A stretch of 64,000 nucleotides of DNA from NCBI RefSeq assembly GCF_045037415.1, contig NZ_CP173438.1. The stretch is one strand, 5' to 3'. The position numbers were made by a program, and so were the translations under genes. The stretch comes from Escherichia coli (GTDB lineage: Bacteria > Pseudomonadota > Gammaproteobacteria > Enterobacterales > Enterobacteriaceae). Of this stretch, positions 27,569-41,873 are shown piece after piece. Under the pieces are notes generated by a model that worked only from the letters and a program-made list of their open reading frames with translations, was not told the origin of the DNA and did no database searches. Each line of letters starts with the position of its first letter. Position 1 is the first letter of the stretch.

Positions 27569-28254
27569 ATGTCGTTACTTGCACAACTGGATCAAAAAAT
27601 CGCTGCTAACGGTGGCCTGATTGTCTCCTGCCAGCCGGTTCCGGACAGCCCGCTCGATAAACCCGAAATCGTCGCTGCCATGGCATTAGCGGCAGAGCAG
27701 GCGGGCGCGGTTGCCATTCGTATTGAAGGTGTGGCAAATCTGCAAGCCACGCGTGCGGTGGTGAGCGTGCCGATTATTGGGATTGTGAAGCGCGATCTGG
27801 AGGATTCTCCGGTACGCATCACGGCCTATATTGAAGATGTTGATGCGCTGGCGCAGGCGGGCGCGGACATTATCGCCATTGACGGCACTGACCGACCGCG
27901 TCCGGTGCCTGTTGAAACGCTGCTGGCACGTATTCACCATCACGGTTTACTGGCGATGACCGACTGCTCAACGCCGGAAGACGGCCTGGCATGCCAAAAG
28001 CTGGGAGCCGAAATTATTGGCACTACGCTTTCTGGCTATACCACGCCTGAAACGCCAGAAGAGCCGGATCTGGCGCTGGTGAAAACGTTGAGTGACGCCG
28101 GATGCCGGGTGATTGCCGAAGGGCGTTACAACACGCCTGCTCAGGCGGCGGATGCGATGCGCCACGGCGCGTGGGCGGTGACGGTCGGTTCTGCCATTAC
28201 GCGTCTTGAACACATTTGTCAGTGGTACAACACAGCGATGAAAAAGGCGGTGCT

Positions 28255-28258
<4 letters not shown>
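27569..28258 (+). CDS. nanE: N-acetylmannosamine-6-phosphate 2-epimerase
   Basis: ORF-track frame 27527..28258; start chosen at ATG 27569 ([23 protein letters not shown]), 229 aa. Confidence 0.93.
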
Positions 28259-29591
<1,333 letters not shown>

Positions 29592-29617
29592 AATTTAGTT
29601 GGATAGCTCGTTTTATA

Positions 29618-29644
29618 AATTCGCCAGACACTGTCTGGCGAATT
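29618..29644. other. Perfect inverted repeat (12-bp arms, 3-nt loop) at the yhcH/gltD convergent junction; possible bidirectional terminator hairpin
   Basis: aattcgccagac-act-gtctggcgaatt; contains GAATTC; no strong U-tract on either side. Confidence 0.5.
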
Positions 29645-29658
29645 CATTGTTACCTCGC

Positions 29659-31089
<1,431 letters not shown>

Positions 31090-34000
31090 TTACTGCGCCT
31101 GCACGCGCAACTCTGCTGCGCTACGACTACGGTGACCCAGCAGTGCTTTTACATCACTGGACTTCGGTTTAACCAGCGCAAATTTAGTGGCGAAGGTTGA
31201 CCAGTTCGCCAGAATCTCTTCACCACGCTGGGAACCGGTATGCTGAACATGCTCGGTGATAAGACCACGCAGATGCTCTTCATGGATCGCCAGATCGTCA
31301 ACGCTTAAGACCTCGACCAGCTCCGGGTTAACGCGTTTGCGGAAATCGCCGCTTTCATCGAGAACGTAAGCGAAGCCGCCAGTCATGCCCGCGCCGAAGT
31401 TAACGCCGGTTTTACCCAGAATACAGACGATACCACCCGTCATATATTCACAGCCGTTGTCGCCAATGCCTTCTACCACGGTGATAGCACCGGAGTTACG
31501 CACGCCGAAACGTTCACCCGCGCGGCCTGCGGCATACAGACGACCACCGGTCGCGCCATACAGGCAGGTGTTGCCGATAATGCTCGCTTCATGGCTGCGG
31601 AAGGCGGAACCAACCGGAGGACGAATGGCGATTAAGCCGCCCGCCATGCCTTTACCAACATAGTCGTTGGCATCACCGGTCAGGTACAGTTCCACGCCGC
31701 CCGCGTTCCACACGCCGAAGCTCTGGCCTGCAGTGCCGTTGAAGTACGCTTTGATAGGATCGGCTGCCAGCCCCTGATCGCCGTGCGTCTGGGCGATATA
31801 GCCTGAAAGCGACGCGCCGACAGAACGGTCGGTGTTGCGGATATCGAACCAGAAGGTTTTGCTCTGGCGTTCATCGACAAACGGTTTTGCCTGTTGCAGC
31901 AACTGCGCGTTCAGCAGGCCGTTATCAAACGGCGGGTTGTTTTCGGTGCAGTAGAGCGCTTTACCAGGATGCGGCTCGGCAGTCTCCAGCAGCTTCGACA
32001 GTGCCAGTTTCTGCTGTTTGGCGGTGAAACCGTCCAGCTCTTTCAGCAGGTCGGTGCGACCAATCAGATCCACCAGACGCGTTACCCCCAGCTGTGCCAT
32101 CAGCTCGCGGGTTTCACGGGCGATAAACTCAAAGTAATTAGTCACTTTGAACGGCAGGCCGTGATAGTGATTCTTACGCAGTTTGTCATCCTGAGTTGCT
32201 ACACCCGTGGCGCAGTTGTTCAGGTGGCAAATTCGCAGATATTTACAGCCAAGCGCTACCATCGGGCCAGTGCCGAAGCCAAAACTTTCCGCGCCAAGAA
32301 TCGCCGCTTTGATGATATCGACACCCGTTTTCAGGCCGCCATCGACCTGCAAACGGATCTTGTGACGCAAGCCGTTGGCAACCAGCGCCTGTTGGGTTTC
32401 AACAAGCCCCAGCTCCCACGGACAGCCTGCGTATTTCACCGATGAAAGCGGACTTGCGCCGGTGCCGCCGTCATAGCCTGCGATGGTGATTAAATCGGCA
32501 TAAGCTTTTGCCACGCCAGTCGCGATGGTGCCTACGCCCGGTTCGGAAACCAGCTTCACGGAGATCATCGCTTTTGGATTGACCTGCTTGAGGTCGAAAA
32601 TCAGCTGCGCTAAATCCTCAATAGAGTAGATATCGTGGTGCGGCGGCGGGGAGATCAGCGTCACGCCCGGCACCGAATAGCGCAGTTTGGCAATGTAAGG
32701 AGTGACTTTATCACCCGGTAACTGACCACCTTCACCCGGCTTCGCGCCCTGGGCGACTTTTATCTGAATGACGTCGGCATTGACCAGATACGCCGGAGTA
32801 ACCCCAAAGCGACCGGACGCTACCTGCTTGATGCGCGACACTTTGTTAGTGCCATAGCGCGCCGGGTCTTCACCGCCTTCGCCGGAGTTTGAGTTACCGC
32901 CGATGCTGTTCATCGCTTCCGCCAGCGCCTCGTGGGCTTCCGGGCTTAACGCACCGATAGACATCGCGGCGGTATCGAAGCGTTTAAACAGTTCGCTTGC
33001 CGGTTCAACATCAGCAATGTTGACCGCGTTTTCACCCGGCGTAATTGCCAGCAGATCGCGTAGCGTGGTTGCCGGACGCTCATTAACCAGCTTCGCGTAT
33101 TCCTGATAGTCGCTATACTCGCCGCTCTGTACCGCCTGTTGCAGCGTGCGCACCACGTCCGGGTTGTAGGCGTGGTATTCGCCACCGTGTACATATTTCA
33201 GCAGGCCGCCCTGGCTGATAGGCTTACGCGCCAGCCAGGCTCGTTTCGACAGATTCAGCAGATCCTGCTGGAAGTCTTCAAAGCTCGCCCCCCCAATGCG
33301 GCTAACTGCCCCCTGGAAGCACAGGCCCACGACATCATCGTGCAGACCGACCGCTTCAAACAGTTTCGAGCAGCGGTAAGAGGCGATGGTGGAGATGCCC
33401 ATTTTGGACATGATTTTGTACAAGCCTTTGTTGATGCCGTTACGATAGTTGAGCATCACGGTACGATAATCTTTGGCAATCGCGTGGGTGTCTACCAGGC
33501 GGCCCAGCGTTTCATAGGCAAGGTATGGATAAATAGCCGTCGCGCCGAAACCCAGCAACACGGCGAAGTGGTGCGGATCACGGGCGCTGGCGGTTTCTAC
33601 GATGATGTTGGCATCGCAACGCAGGCTTTGCTCGACCAGACGGGTCTGGATCGCGCCAACCGCCATCGGAGCCGGAACCGGCAGGCGATCTTTAGCGATA
33701 TTCCGGTCGGAGAGCACCAGCAGCACGGTGCCGCTACGTACCATTTTTTCGGCTTTGTCACACAGTTCTTTCACCGTCGCTTCGAGCGTGGTTTTAGTGA
33801 CGTCAAAGGTGATATCCAGCGTATCTGCGCGGTAGTGATCCTCTTTCATCGTCGTGAGCTGTTTGAAATCGGAATAGAGCAGAATCGGCGATTTAAAGCT
33901 TAAACGGTGCGCCTGGCCTTCTGCTTCACAGAAGACGTTCATTTCACGACCGATACTGGTGGCGAGCGACATAACATGCGCTTCGCGCAGCGGGTCGATT

Positions 34001-35643
34001 GGCGGGTTGGTTACCTGAGCAAACTGCTGGCGGAAGTAGTCGTAAATAATGCGCGGCTGGCTGGAGAGCACGGCGAATGGGGTATCGTCGCCCATCGAAC
34101 CGACCGCTTCCTGACCGTTTTCACCCAGTACGCGGATCACCGAATCCAGCTCTTCCGCGCTGTAGTTAAATTGTTTCTGGTAGCTGGCAAGCGTGTCGTC
34201 GTCCAGTTCGCGGCTACCCACTTCTTCATCGGGCAGATCTTCAAACGGTACCAGACGGCGGACGTTTTTCTCCATCCACTCTTTATAAGGGTGGCGGCTT
34301 TTCAGATCGTCATCGGTTTCTGCCGAGTGCAGAATACGCCCACTGCGGGTGTCGATAACCATCAGTTCGCCTGGCCCCACGCGGCCTTTTTCGACCACTT
34401 CGTCAGGCTGATAATCCCAGATACCGACTTCAGAGGCGCAGGTAATGAGCTTATCTTTGGTGATGACGTAGCGCGCCGGACGCAGACCGTTACGGTCGAG
34501 GTTACAGGCGGCAAAACGACCGTCAGACATCACGATGCCTGCCGGGCCATCCCACGGCTCCATATGCATGGAGTTAAAGTCAAAGAAGGCACGCAGTTCC
34601 GGGTCCATATCCGGGTTGTTCTGCCAGGCAGGTGGCACTAACAGACGCATGGCACGGATGATATCCATCCCACCTGCCAGCAGGAGTTCCAGCATGTTAT
34701 CCATCGAACTGGAGTCAGAGCCGGTTTCGTTGACGAACGGCGCGGCGTCGTGCAGGTCAGGGATCAGCGGCGTCTGGAATTTATAGGTACGCGCACGCGC
34801 CCATTGGCGGTTACCAGTGATGGTGTTGATTTCACCGTTATGCGCGAGGTAGCGGAACGGCTGCGCCAGCGGCCAGCGCGGTACGGTGTTAGTGGAAAAG
34901 CGCTGGTGAAACAGGCAGATGGCCGATTCCAGACGCAGGTCCGCGAGGTCCAGGTAGAAGCGCGGCAGATCCGCCGGCATACACAGACCTTTATAAATAT
35001 TGACCAGATTCGACAGGCTACAGACGTAGAAGTCTTTGTCGGCTTCGAGACGCTTTTCAATGCGGCGGCGGGCGATAAACAGACGGCGCTCCATATCGCG
35101 CGGACGCCAGCCTGCCGGGGCGTTCACAAAAATTTGCTCAATGCGTGGCAGAGAGGAGAGGGCGATTTCACCCAGCACGCCTTCGTTAGTGGGGACATCA
35201 CGCCAGCCCACAATCGACAACGTTTCGCGTTGCAGCTCTTCTTCAACGATGCGGCGTGCGGCAGCGGCGAGTTCAGGATCTTTATTCAGGAAGAGCATCC
35301 CGACGGCGTAGTTTTTTGCTAAACGCCAGCCGCGCTCCTGCGCAACGATGCGAAAAAAACGATCCGGTTTTTGTAACAGCAAGCCGCAACCGTCACCGGT
35401 TTTACCATCGGCGAGAATCGCGCCACGGTGCTGCATGCGGGCCAGTGCGTGTATTGCAGTACGCACTACCTTGTGGCTAGGTTCGCCTTCTATGTGGGCG
35501 ATCAGGCCGAAACCACAGTTATCCCTCTCAAGGGATTTATCGTACAACATATCGTGAACCTCCCCCAGGCTCTGCGGGAACCCCACTTCCGAACCGCTGC
35601 GCACGGGCACAGTAAGAGCGTGGCGACGGGGTTTGCGTGTCAT
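31090..35643 (-). CDS. gltB: Glutamate synthase (NADPH) large subunit
   Basis: ORF-track frame 31090..35658; start chosen at ATG 35643 ([13 protein letters not shown]..., GAGGTG Shine-Dalgarno 7 nt upstream); the 35658 start is possible; 12 bp upstream of gltD. Confidence 0.93.
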   Translation of the reverse strand: MTRKPRRHALTVPVRSGSEVGFPQSLGEVHDMLYDKSLERDNCGFGLIAHIEGEPSHKVVRTAIHALARMQHRGAILADGKTGDGCGLLLQKPDRFFRIVAQERGWRLAKNYAVGMLFLNKDPELAAAARRIVEEELQRETLSIVGWRDVPTNEGVLGEIALSSLPRIEQIFVNAPAGWRPRDMERRLFIARRRIEKRLEADKDFYVCSLSNLVNIYKGLCMPADLPRFYLDLADLRLESAICLFHQRFSTNTVPRWPLAQPFRYLAHNGEINTITGNRQWARARTYKFQTPLIPDLHDAAPFVNETGSDSSSMDNMLELLLAGGMDIIRAMRLLVPPAWQNNPDMDPELRAFFDFNSMHMEPWDGPAGIVMSDGRFAACNLDRNGLRPARYVITKDKLITCASEVGIWDYQPDEVVEKGRVGPGELMVIDTRSGRILHSAETDDDLKSRHPYKEWMEKNVRRLVPFEDLPDEEVGSRELDDDTLASYQKQFNYSAEELDSVIRVLGENGQEAVGSMGDDTPFAVLSSQPRIIYDYFRQQFAQVTNPPIDPLREAHVMSLATSIGREMNVFCEAEGQAHRLSFKSPILLYSDFKQLTTMKEDHYRADTLDITFDVTKTTLEATVKELCDKAEKMVRSGTVLLVLSDRNIAKDRLPVPAPMAVGAIQTRLVEQSLRCDANIIVETASARDPHHFAVLLGFGATAIYPYLAYETLGRLVDTHAIAKDYRTVMLNYRNGINKGLYKIMSKMGISTIASYRCSKLFEAVGLHDDVVGLCFQGAVSRIGGASFEDFQQDLLNLSKRAWLARKPISQGGLLKYVHGGEYHAYNPDVVRTLQQAVQSGEYSDYQEYAKLVNERPATTLRDLLAITPGENAVNIADVEPASELFKRFDTAAMSIGALSPEAHEALAEAMNSIGGNSNSGEGGEDPARYGTNKVSRIKQVASGRFGVTPAYLVNADVIQIKVAQGAKPGEGGQLPGDKVTPYIAKLRYSVPGVTLISPPPHHDIYSIEDLAQLIFDLKQVNPKAMISVKLVSEPGVGTIATGVAKAYADLITIAGYDGGTGASPLSSVKYAGCPWELGLVETQQALVANGLRHKIRLQVDGGLKTGVDIIKAAILGAESFGFGTGPMVALGCKYLRICHLNNCATGVATQDDKLRKNHYHGLPFKVTNYFEFIARETRELMAQLGVTRLVDLIGRTDLLKELDGFTAKQQKLALSKLLETAEPHPGKALYCTENNPPFDNGLLNAQLLQQAKPFVDERQSKTFWFDIRNTDRSVGASLSGYIAQTHGDQGLAADPIKAYFNGTAGQSFGVWNAGGVELYLTGDANDYVGKGMAGGLIAIRPPVGSAFRSHEASIIGNTCLYGATGGRLYAAGRAGERFGVRNSGAITVVEGIGDNGCEYMTGGIVCILGKTGVNFGAGMTGGFAYVLDESGDFRKRVNPELVEVLSVDDLAIHEEHLRGLITEHVQHTGSQRGEEILANWSTFATKFALVKPKSSDVKALLGHRSRSAAELRVQAQ

Positions 35644-36224
35644 ACGCGCACCTCGCATTCGCCCCCTTGTTGTCCTTTTCGCATCGGTTAATACGGTGAA
35701 GAGGGGATCTCAATTACTGCATAAATATGATGAGCAGGCTGCTCATCCAGAAAGCTTCCAGCGGATTTCCAACTTATCGGGAAAGCTGATACAGGTCAAA
35801 TGGCAAGCTTATTGGTACAGAAATGTGCTTTAGCGCAAAATTCTTTATTAATTGTATGAAATTAAAGTGGATTTTCTATTTAAGGCTAAAAGGGGTGTCG
35901 TTAGAGAAACAGCCAATTCCTGACTGTCATAAAGGCGTGTTAACCCTTATCCTGCCTTGAATTGATGAGAAAGCCAGCATTTTATACTGCCTTAATTGGT
36001 AATAACGTTTCATGCTACTGTTTTTGCCTAAAATCCATAAGAAGATAAAAAAATCTGACACAAGATAAGCAACAGTGATTTATGTGATTGTGCATGAAAT
36101 TTCGGTAATTTTGATTGGTTATGCAGTTGATAAAAGCAGGCTGGGACGATTGATCCAGGTCATCGCCGAATTGGGCTAAAAATGGCAGGCTTTGGCCTCT
36201 TTTCAAGGCGCGGTCTATCAGATT

Positions 36225-37154
36225 ATGCAGTTACAGAAATTAGTCAATATGTTTGGTGGTGATCTCACCCGTCGTTATGGGCAAAAGGTGCATAAGCTGA
36301 CGCTGCACGGCGGTTTTAGCTGCCCTAACCGTGACGGTACCATCGGGCGTGGCGGCTGCACATTCTGTAATGTTGCCTCGTTTGCCGATGAAGCGCAGCA
36401 GCATCGTTCCATTGCCGAGCAACTGGCGCACCAGGCGAATTTAGTTAACCGCGCTAAACGCTATCTGGCCTACTTTCAGGCGTATACCAGCACCTTTGCG
36501 GAAGTTCAGGTGCTGCGTTCGATGTATCAGCAGGCGGTGAGCCAGGCCAATATTGTCGGTTTGTGTGTTGGTACCCGCCCGGACTGCGTGCCGGATGCGG
36601 TGCTGGATCTGCTTTGCGAATATAAGGACCAGGGCTACGAAGTGTGGCTGGAGCTGGGGCTACAAACCGCCCACGACAAAACACTGCATCGCATAAATCG
36701 CGGTCATGATTTTGCCTGCTATCAGCGCACGACGCAGCTGGCGCGTGAGCGTGGGCTGAAGGTGTGCTCTCACTTAATTGTTGGCCTGCCTGGCGAAGGG
36801 CAGGCTGAATGTTTGCAAACGCTGGAGCGAGTGGTTGAAACCGGCGTGGACGGCATAAAGCTGCATCCGCTGCATATAGTGAAAGGCAGCATTATGGCGA
36901 AAGCCTGGGAAGCGGGGCGTTTGAACGGAATTGAACTGGAGGATTACACGCTCACTGCCGGAGAAATGATTCGCCATACGCCACCGGAAGTTATCTACCA
37001 CCGTATTTCCGCCAGCGCCCGTCGCCCGACGCTGCTTGCTCCGCTGTGGTGCGAAAATCGATGGACGGGAATGGTCGAGCTGGATCGTTATCTGAATGAA
37101 CATGGCGTACAGGGATCGGCGCTGGGACGTCCGTGGCTACCTCCAACGGCGTAG
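36225..37154 (+). CDS. yhcC: Radical SAM family protein YhcC
   Basis: ORF-track frame 36192..37154; start chosen at ATG 36225 (MQLQKLVNMFGGDL...), 309 aa; CxxxGxxGxCxFC radical-SAM-like motif (CPNRDGTIGRGGCTFC). Confidence 0.85.
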   Translation: MQLQKLVNMFGGDLTRRYGQKVHKLTLHGGFSCPNRDGTIGRGGCTFCNVASFADEAQQHRSIAEQLAHQANLVNRAKRYLAYFQAYTSTFAEVQVLRSMYQQAVSQANIVGLCVGTRPDCVPDAVLDLLCEYKDQGYEVWLELGLQTAHDKTLHRINRGHDFACYQRTTQLARERGLKVCSHLIVGLPGEGQAECLQTLERVVETGVDGIKLHPLHIVKGSIMAKAWEAGRLNGIELEDYTLTAGEMIRHTPPEVIYHRISASARRPTLLAPLWCENRWTGMVELDRYLNEHGVQGSALGRPWLPPTA

Positions 37155-37249
37155 GCCATTGAGGGGAATTCCGCATTTCTCACACAATTTATAACGTAAC
37201 TGTCAGAATTGGGTATTATTGGGGCAGGTTGTCGTGAAGGAATTCCCTA

Positions 37250-39586
37250 ATGAAGCAAATTCGTCTGCTGGCGCAGTATTATGTTGACCTGATGATGAAG
37301 TTAGGTCTGGTGCGCTTCTCAATGTTGCTGGCGCTGGCCCTCGTCGTTCTTGCCATTGTGGTACAAATGGCGGTAACCATGGTGCTGCATGGTCAGGTCG
37401 AAAGCATTGATGTTATTCGTTCTATCTTCTTTGGTTTGCTGATTACGCCGTGGGCGGTCTACTTTCTATCGGTGGTCGTCGAGCAACTGGAGGAGTCACG
37501 ACAACGTCTGTCACGACTGGTGCAAAAACTGGAGGAGATGCGCGAGCGCGATTTGAGCCTCAACGTTCAGTTAAAAGATAATATTGCCCAGCTAAATCAG
37601 GAAATCGCCGTTCGTGAAAAAGCGGAAGCAGAACTGCAGGAAACCTTCGGCCAACTGAAAATTGAAATCAAAGAGCGCGAAGAGACACAAATTCAGCTCG
37701 AGCAGCAATCCTCATTCTTACGTTCCTTCCTTGACGCTTCACCCGACCTGGTTTTTTATCGTAACGAAGATAAAGAGTTTTCCGGCTGTAACCGCGCGAT
37801 GGAGCTGCTGACCGGAAAAAGCGAAAAACAACTGGTTCACCTGAAACCTGCTGATGTTTACTCACCAGAAGCCGCTGCGAAAGTCATTGAAACCGATGAA
37901 AAAGTGTTCCGTCATAATGTGTCACTGACCTATGAGCAGTGGCTGGATTATCCCGACGGACGCAAAGCCTGCTTTGAAATCCGTAAAGTGCCGTACTACG
38001 ACCGCGTGGGTAAACGTCACGGTTTGATGGGCTTTGGTCGCGACATTACCGAGCGTAAGCGGTATCAGGATGCGCTTGAACGCGCCAGCCGCGACAAAAC
38101 GACGTTTATCTCCACCATCAGTCACGAATTGCGTACACCGCTGAACGGTATCGTCGGCCTGAGCCGCATTCTGCTGGATACTGAACTCACCGCCGAGCAG
38201 GAAAAATATCTCAAAACCATCCATGTTTCGGCTGTCACGCTGGGGAATATCTTCAACGATATTATCGACATGGATAAGATGGAACGGCGCAAGGTCCAGC
38301 TTGATAATCAGCCGGTTGATTTCACCAGCTTCCTTGCCGATCTGGAAAATCTCTCCGCATTGCAGGCGCAACAAAAAGGATTGCGCTTTAATCTGGAGCC
38401 GACGCTGCCATTACCGCATCAGGTCATTACCGACGGGACGCGTTTACGGCAGATCTTGTGGAACCTCATCAGTAACGCCGTCAAATTCACTCAGCAAGGC
38501 CAGGTTACCGTGCGCGTGCGCTACGATGAAGGCGATATGCTGCATTTTGAAGTGGAAGACTCTGGTATCGGCATTCCGCAGGATGAGCTGGATAAAATCT
38601 TCGCCATGTATTACCAGGTGAAAGACAGTCATGGCGGTAAACCTGCCACCGGCACCGGTATTGGTCTGGCCGTTTCTCGTCGTCTGGCGAAAAATATGGG
38701 CGGCGATATTACGGTTACCAGCGAACAGGGCAAAGGTTCAACCTTTACGTTGACGATCCACGCACCGTCGGTAGCAGAAGAGGTTGATGATGCGTTTGAT
38801 GAAGACGATATGCCTTTACCGGCGCTGAATGTGCTGCTGGTGGAAGACATTGAACTGAACGTGATTGTCGCGCGTTCTGTGCTGGAAAAATTAGGTAACA
38901 GCGTTGATGTCGCCATGACCGGCAAGGCGGCGCTGGAGATGTTTAAACCGGGCGAATACGACCTGGTATTGCTGGATATTCAGTTGCCAGATATGACCGG
39001 GCTGGATATCTCTCGTGAACTGACGAAGCGTTATCCGCGCGAGGATTTACCGCCGCTGGTGGCCTTAACCGCTAACGTGCTGAAAGACAAGCAAGAGTAC
39101 CTCAATGCTGGAATGGATGATGTGCTGAGTAAGCCGCTTTCTGTTCCGGCGCTAACCGCGATGATCAAGAAATTCTGGGATACCCAGGATGATGAGGAGA
39201 GTACGGTGACGACAGAAGAGAACAGTAAATCAGAAGCATTGCTCGATATTCCCATGCTGGAACAGTATCTCGAACTTGTAGGACCGAAGCTGATCACCGA
39301 CGGGTTAGCGGTGTTTGAGAGAATGATGCCGGGCTATGTCAGCGTGCTGGAGTCGAATCTGACGGCGCAGGATAAAAAAGGCATTGTTGAGGAAGGGCAT
39401 AAAATTAAAGGTGCGGCGGGGTCAGTGGGGTTACGCCATCTGCAACAGCTGGGTCAGCAAATTCAGTCTCCTGACCTTCCCGCCTGGGAAGATAACGTCG
39501 GTGAATGGATTGAAGAGATGAAAGAAGAGTGGCGTCACGACGTAGAAGTACTGAAAGCGTGGGTGGCAAAAGCCACTAAAAAATGA
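37250..39586 (+). CDS. arcB: Aerobic respiration control sensor kinase ArcB
   Basis: 778-aa ORF with HisKA H-box (ISTISHELRTPLNGI), receiver and HPt domains. Confidence 0.95.
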   Translation: MKQIRLLAQYYVDLMMKLGLVRFSMLLALALVVLAIVVQMAVTMVLHGQVESIDVIRSIFFGLLITPWAVYFLSVVVEQLEESRQRLSRLVQKLEEMRERDLSLNVQLKDNIAQLNQEIAVREKAEAELQETFGQLKIEIKEREETQIQLEQQSSFLRSFLDASPDLVFYRNEDKEFSGCNRAMELLTGKSEKQLVHLKPADVYSPEAAAKVIETDEKVFRHNVSLTYEQWLDYPDGRKACFEIRKVPYYDRVGKRHGLMGFGRDITERKRYQDALERASRDKTTFISTISHELRTPLNGIVGLSRILLDTELTAEQEKYLKTIHVSAVTLGNIFNDIIDMDKMERRKVQLDNQPVDFTSFLADLENLSALQAQQKGLRFNLEPTLPLPHQVITDGTRLRQILWNLISNAVKFTQQGQVTVRVRYDEGDMLHFEVEDSGIGIPQDELDKIFAMYYQVKDSHGGKPATGTGIGLAVSRRLAKNMGGDITVTSEQGKGSTFTLTIHAPSVAEEVDDAFDEDDMPLPALNVLLVEDIELNVIVARSVLEKLGNSVDVAMTGKAALEMFKPGEYDLVLLDIQLPDMTGLDISRELTKRYPREDLPPLVALTANVLKDKQEYLNAGMDDVLSKPLSVPALTAMIKKFWDTQDDEESTVTTEENSKSEALLDIPMLEQYLELVGPKLITDGLAVFERMMPGYVSVLESNLTAQDKKGIVEEGHKIKGAAGSVGLRHLQQLGQQIQSPDLPAWEDNVGEWIEEMKEEWRHDVEVLKAWVAKATKK

Positions 39587-39698
39587 CCCCGGCTAGACCG
39601 GGGTGCGCGAATACTGCGCCAACACCAGGGAAATCTTGGCTGCGCCGTAAATTATTATGATGAGTTACAAGGGCACAGCACTGTTTTTCAGGCCGCAC
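39578..39698 (-). ncRNA. arcZ: Hfq-dependent small RNA ArcZ (SraH/RyhA)
   Basis: Minus-strand sequence GUGCGGCCUGAAAAACAGUGCUGUGCCC...CCCUGGUGUUGGCGCAGUAUUCGCGCACCCCGGUCUAGCCGGGGUCAUUUUUU; terminator hairpin ccccggctagaccgggg overlaps the arcB stop codon; convergent with arcB. Confidence 0.75.
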
Positions 39699-39815
39699 GC
39701 AGTTAAGATAGCAAAACTTAAATGATTTGTTACATGAATCAGTTAAATGTGTGATGCGTAGCATTTTTATTAAAAAAATTAATGTGTTTCAGTCAATTGC
39801 GAAAGGAAGATCACA

Positions 39816-40469
39816 ATGAAGAAAATTGGCGTAATTCTGAGCGGATGCGGCGTCTATGACGGTTCTGAAATTCATGAAGCGGTATTGACGTTGTTAGCTA
39901 TTTCACGCAGCGGTGCGCAGGCGGTTTGCTTTGCACCGGATAAGCAGCAGGTTGATGTTATCAACCATTTAACTGGTGAAGCGATGACGGAAACGCGCAA
40001 TGTGCTGATTGAAGCGGCACGAATAACGCGCGGTGAAATCCGTCCTCTGGCCCAGGCCGATGCCGCTGAACTGGATGCGTTGATTGTGCCGGGGGGTTTT
40101 GGCGCGGCGAAGAATTTAAGCAATTTTGCCAGTCTTGGTAGCGAATGCACCGTTGACCGTGAATTAAAGGCGCTGGCACAAGCGATGCATCAGGCCGGAA
40201 AACCGCTTGGTTTTATGTGTATTGCACCGGCGATACTGCCGAAAATTTTCGATTTCCCGCTACGTTTGACCATCGGTACTGATATCGATACCGCAGAAGT
40301 GCTGGAAGAGATGGGCGCGGAGCATGTGCCGTGTCCTGTCGATGATATCGTGGTTGATGAAGACAATAAGATTGTCACCACCCCGGCATATATGCTGGCG
40401 CAGAACATTGCAGAAGCGGCGAGCGGCATTGATAAGCTGGTTTCCCGCGTGCTGGTTCTGGCTGAATGA
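39816..40469 (+). CDS. elbB: DJ-1/PfpI-family glyoxalase ElbB
   Basis: 217-aa [26 protein letters not shown]... Confidence 0.9.
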   Translation: MKKIGVILSGCGVYDGSEIHEAVLTLLAISRSGAQAVCFAPDKQQVDVINHLTGEAMTETRNVLIEAARITRGEIRPLAQADAAELDALIVPGGFGAAKNLSNFASLGSECTVDRELKALAQAMHQAGKPLGFMCIAPAILPKIFDFPLRLTIGTDIDTAEVLEEMGAEHVPCPVDDIVVDEDNKIVTTPAYMLAQNIAEAASGIDKLVSRVLVLAE

Positions 40470-41194
40470 GTAAAAGCCGCTTAACGGTGTTTAGTTTCGT
40501 TCGCCGTTTTCTTCTGCGGTTAATGGTTGTCCTCGCCATTTTCTGGGGCGGGGGCATCGCGTTGTTTAGCGTTGCGCCTGTTCCTTTCTCAGCGGTAATG
40601 GTCGAGCGGCAAGTCAGCGCCTGGCTGCATGGCAATTTTCGTTACGTGGCACATTCTGACTGGGTCAGTATGGATCAAATCTCGCCGTGGATGGGACTGG
40701 CGGTGATTGCCGCAGAAGATCAGAAATTTCCTGAGCACTGGGGCTTTGATGTCGCTTCCATTGAGCAAGCCCTGGCGCACAACGAGCGCAATGAAAACCG
40801 TATTCGCGGTGCTTCAACGATTTCTCAGCAGACAGCCAAAAATCTCTTTTTATGGGATGGGCGTAGCTGGGTTCGAAAAGGGCTGGAAGCCGGATTAACG
40901 CTGGGGATAGAAACAGTCTGGAGCAAAAAGCGTATCCTGACGGTTTACCTGAATATCGCCGAATTTGGCGACGGTGTGTTTGGCGTCGAAGCTGCGGCAC
41001 AACGTTATTTCCACAAACCCGCGAGCAAACTTACCCGGTCGGAAGCTGCATTACTGGCAGCTGTATTACCTAATCCACTTCGTTTCAAAGTCTCCGCGCC
41101 ATCGGGCTATGTGCGTAGCCGTCAGGCGTGGATTTTACGGCAGATGTATCAGTTAGGCGGTGAGCCGTTTATGCAACAACACCAGCTTGATTAA
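40466..41194 (+). CDS. mtgA: Monofunctional peptidoglycan glycosyltransferase
   Basis: 242-aa ORF with N-terminal TM and transglycosylase motifs ([21 protein letters not shown]); overlaps the elbB stop. Confidence 0.9.
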   Translation: MSKSRLTVFSFVRRFLLRLMVVLAIFWGGGIALFSVAPVPFSAVMVERQVSAWLHGNFRYVAHSDWVSMDQISPWMGLAVIAAEDQKFPEHWGFDVASIEQALAHNERNENRIRGASTISQQTAKNLFLWDGRSWVRKGLEAGLTLGIETVWSKKRILTVYLNIAEFGDGVFGVEAAAQRYFHKPASKLTRSEAALLAAVLPNPLRFKVSAPSGYVRSRQAWILRQMYQLGGEPFMQQHQLD

Positions 41195-41823
41195 GCTTCG
41201 CGCGAAGTGAGGGCCAGCGTTTTGCTCTCACGAGGTTGCAGATCTTTCTGCAGGGCAATAGCCAGCGCCGGTTGGGCGATAAATCGTTTCCATAACCGCT
41301 CTTGCTTACGCAGACAACACCACTTCGACCAGGTCGCCAGTGGAATCAATGTGCTTTCACCAATGTTGTCGCAGACGACGGGGATAACCTCTGACTCACT
41401 GATGCGGTGACAGAGGATATTCTGCGGCTTCAGCGACATCGTCACGATACGGTTATCCTGCAAATAACGCTTCAGCTGTTTCAGTAACTGGCGCAGTTGT
41501 GCAATGTCTTCTTCGTAACGGCATTGTTCTGCAAATTCGGTCAGCGTAATGGAAGGCTTGCCGTCGAAATCGGCAATCACATCGTAGACATAACCGGTTC
41601 CGCAATCCGTCTCAACGGTACCGTGATAGCGCGGTATTCCACTCCAGTCTTTTAACCGGCGACCAAGATGCGCGTAGTACTTTAACTCACGGCGGATCTC
41701 TTTATCGCCACCATCGCCACGATGGTAGACAATCTTGATACAGCGTTGGGCATCTTCCGGATGCGCATAACATTTCCGATGTCTTCCGGTGCCCAGGGGA
41801 CTTTGTTCAGATAAGCGAATCAT
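41191..41823 (-). CDS. yrbL: PhoP-regulated protein YrbL
   Basis: 210-aa [36 protein letters not shown]...; stop codon overlaps the mtgA stop (TTAA). Confidence 0.85.
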   Translation of the reverse strand: MIRLSEQSPLGTGRHRKCYAHPEDAQRCIKIVYHRGDGGDKEIRRELKYYAHLGRRLKDWSGIPRYHGTVETDCGTGYVYDVIADFDGKPSITLTEFAEQCRYEEDIAQLRQLLKQLKRYLQDNRIVTMSLKPQNILCHRISESEVIPVVCDNIGESTLIPLATWSKWCCLRKQERLWKRFIAQPALAIALQKDLQPRESKTLALTSREA

Positions 41824-41873
41824 GCCATCTCCTGGAAATATTTTCTGACGATCTCCAGTATGGTCGATTAACT

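Noticed and set aside
33139-34641. Long plus-strand ORFs (254 aa and 244 aa; also 34750..35322, 190 aa) inside the gltB region
   Set aside because: They are antisense to the full-length, recognisable GltB ORF on the minus strand and have no Shine-Dalgarno sequences or recognisable domains; such antisense ORFs are common in GC-rich coding sequence.
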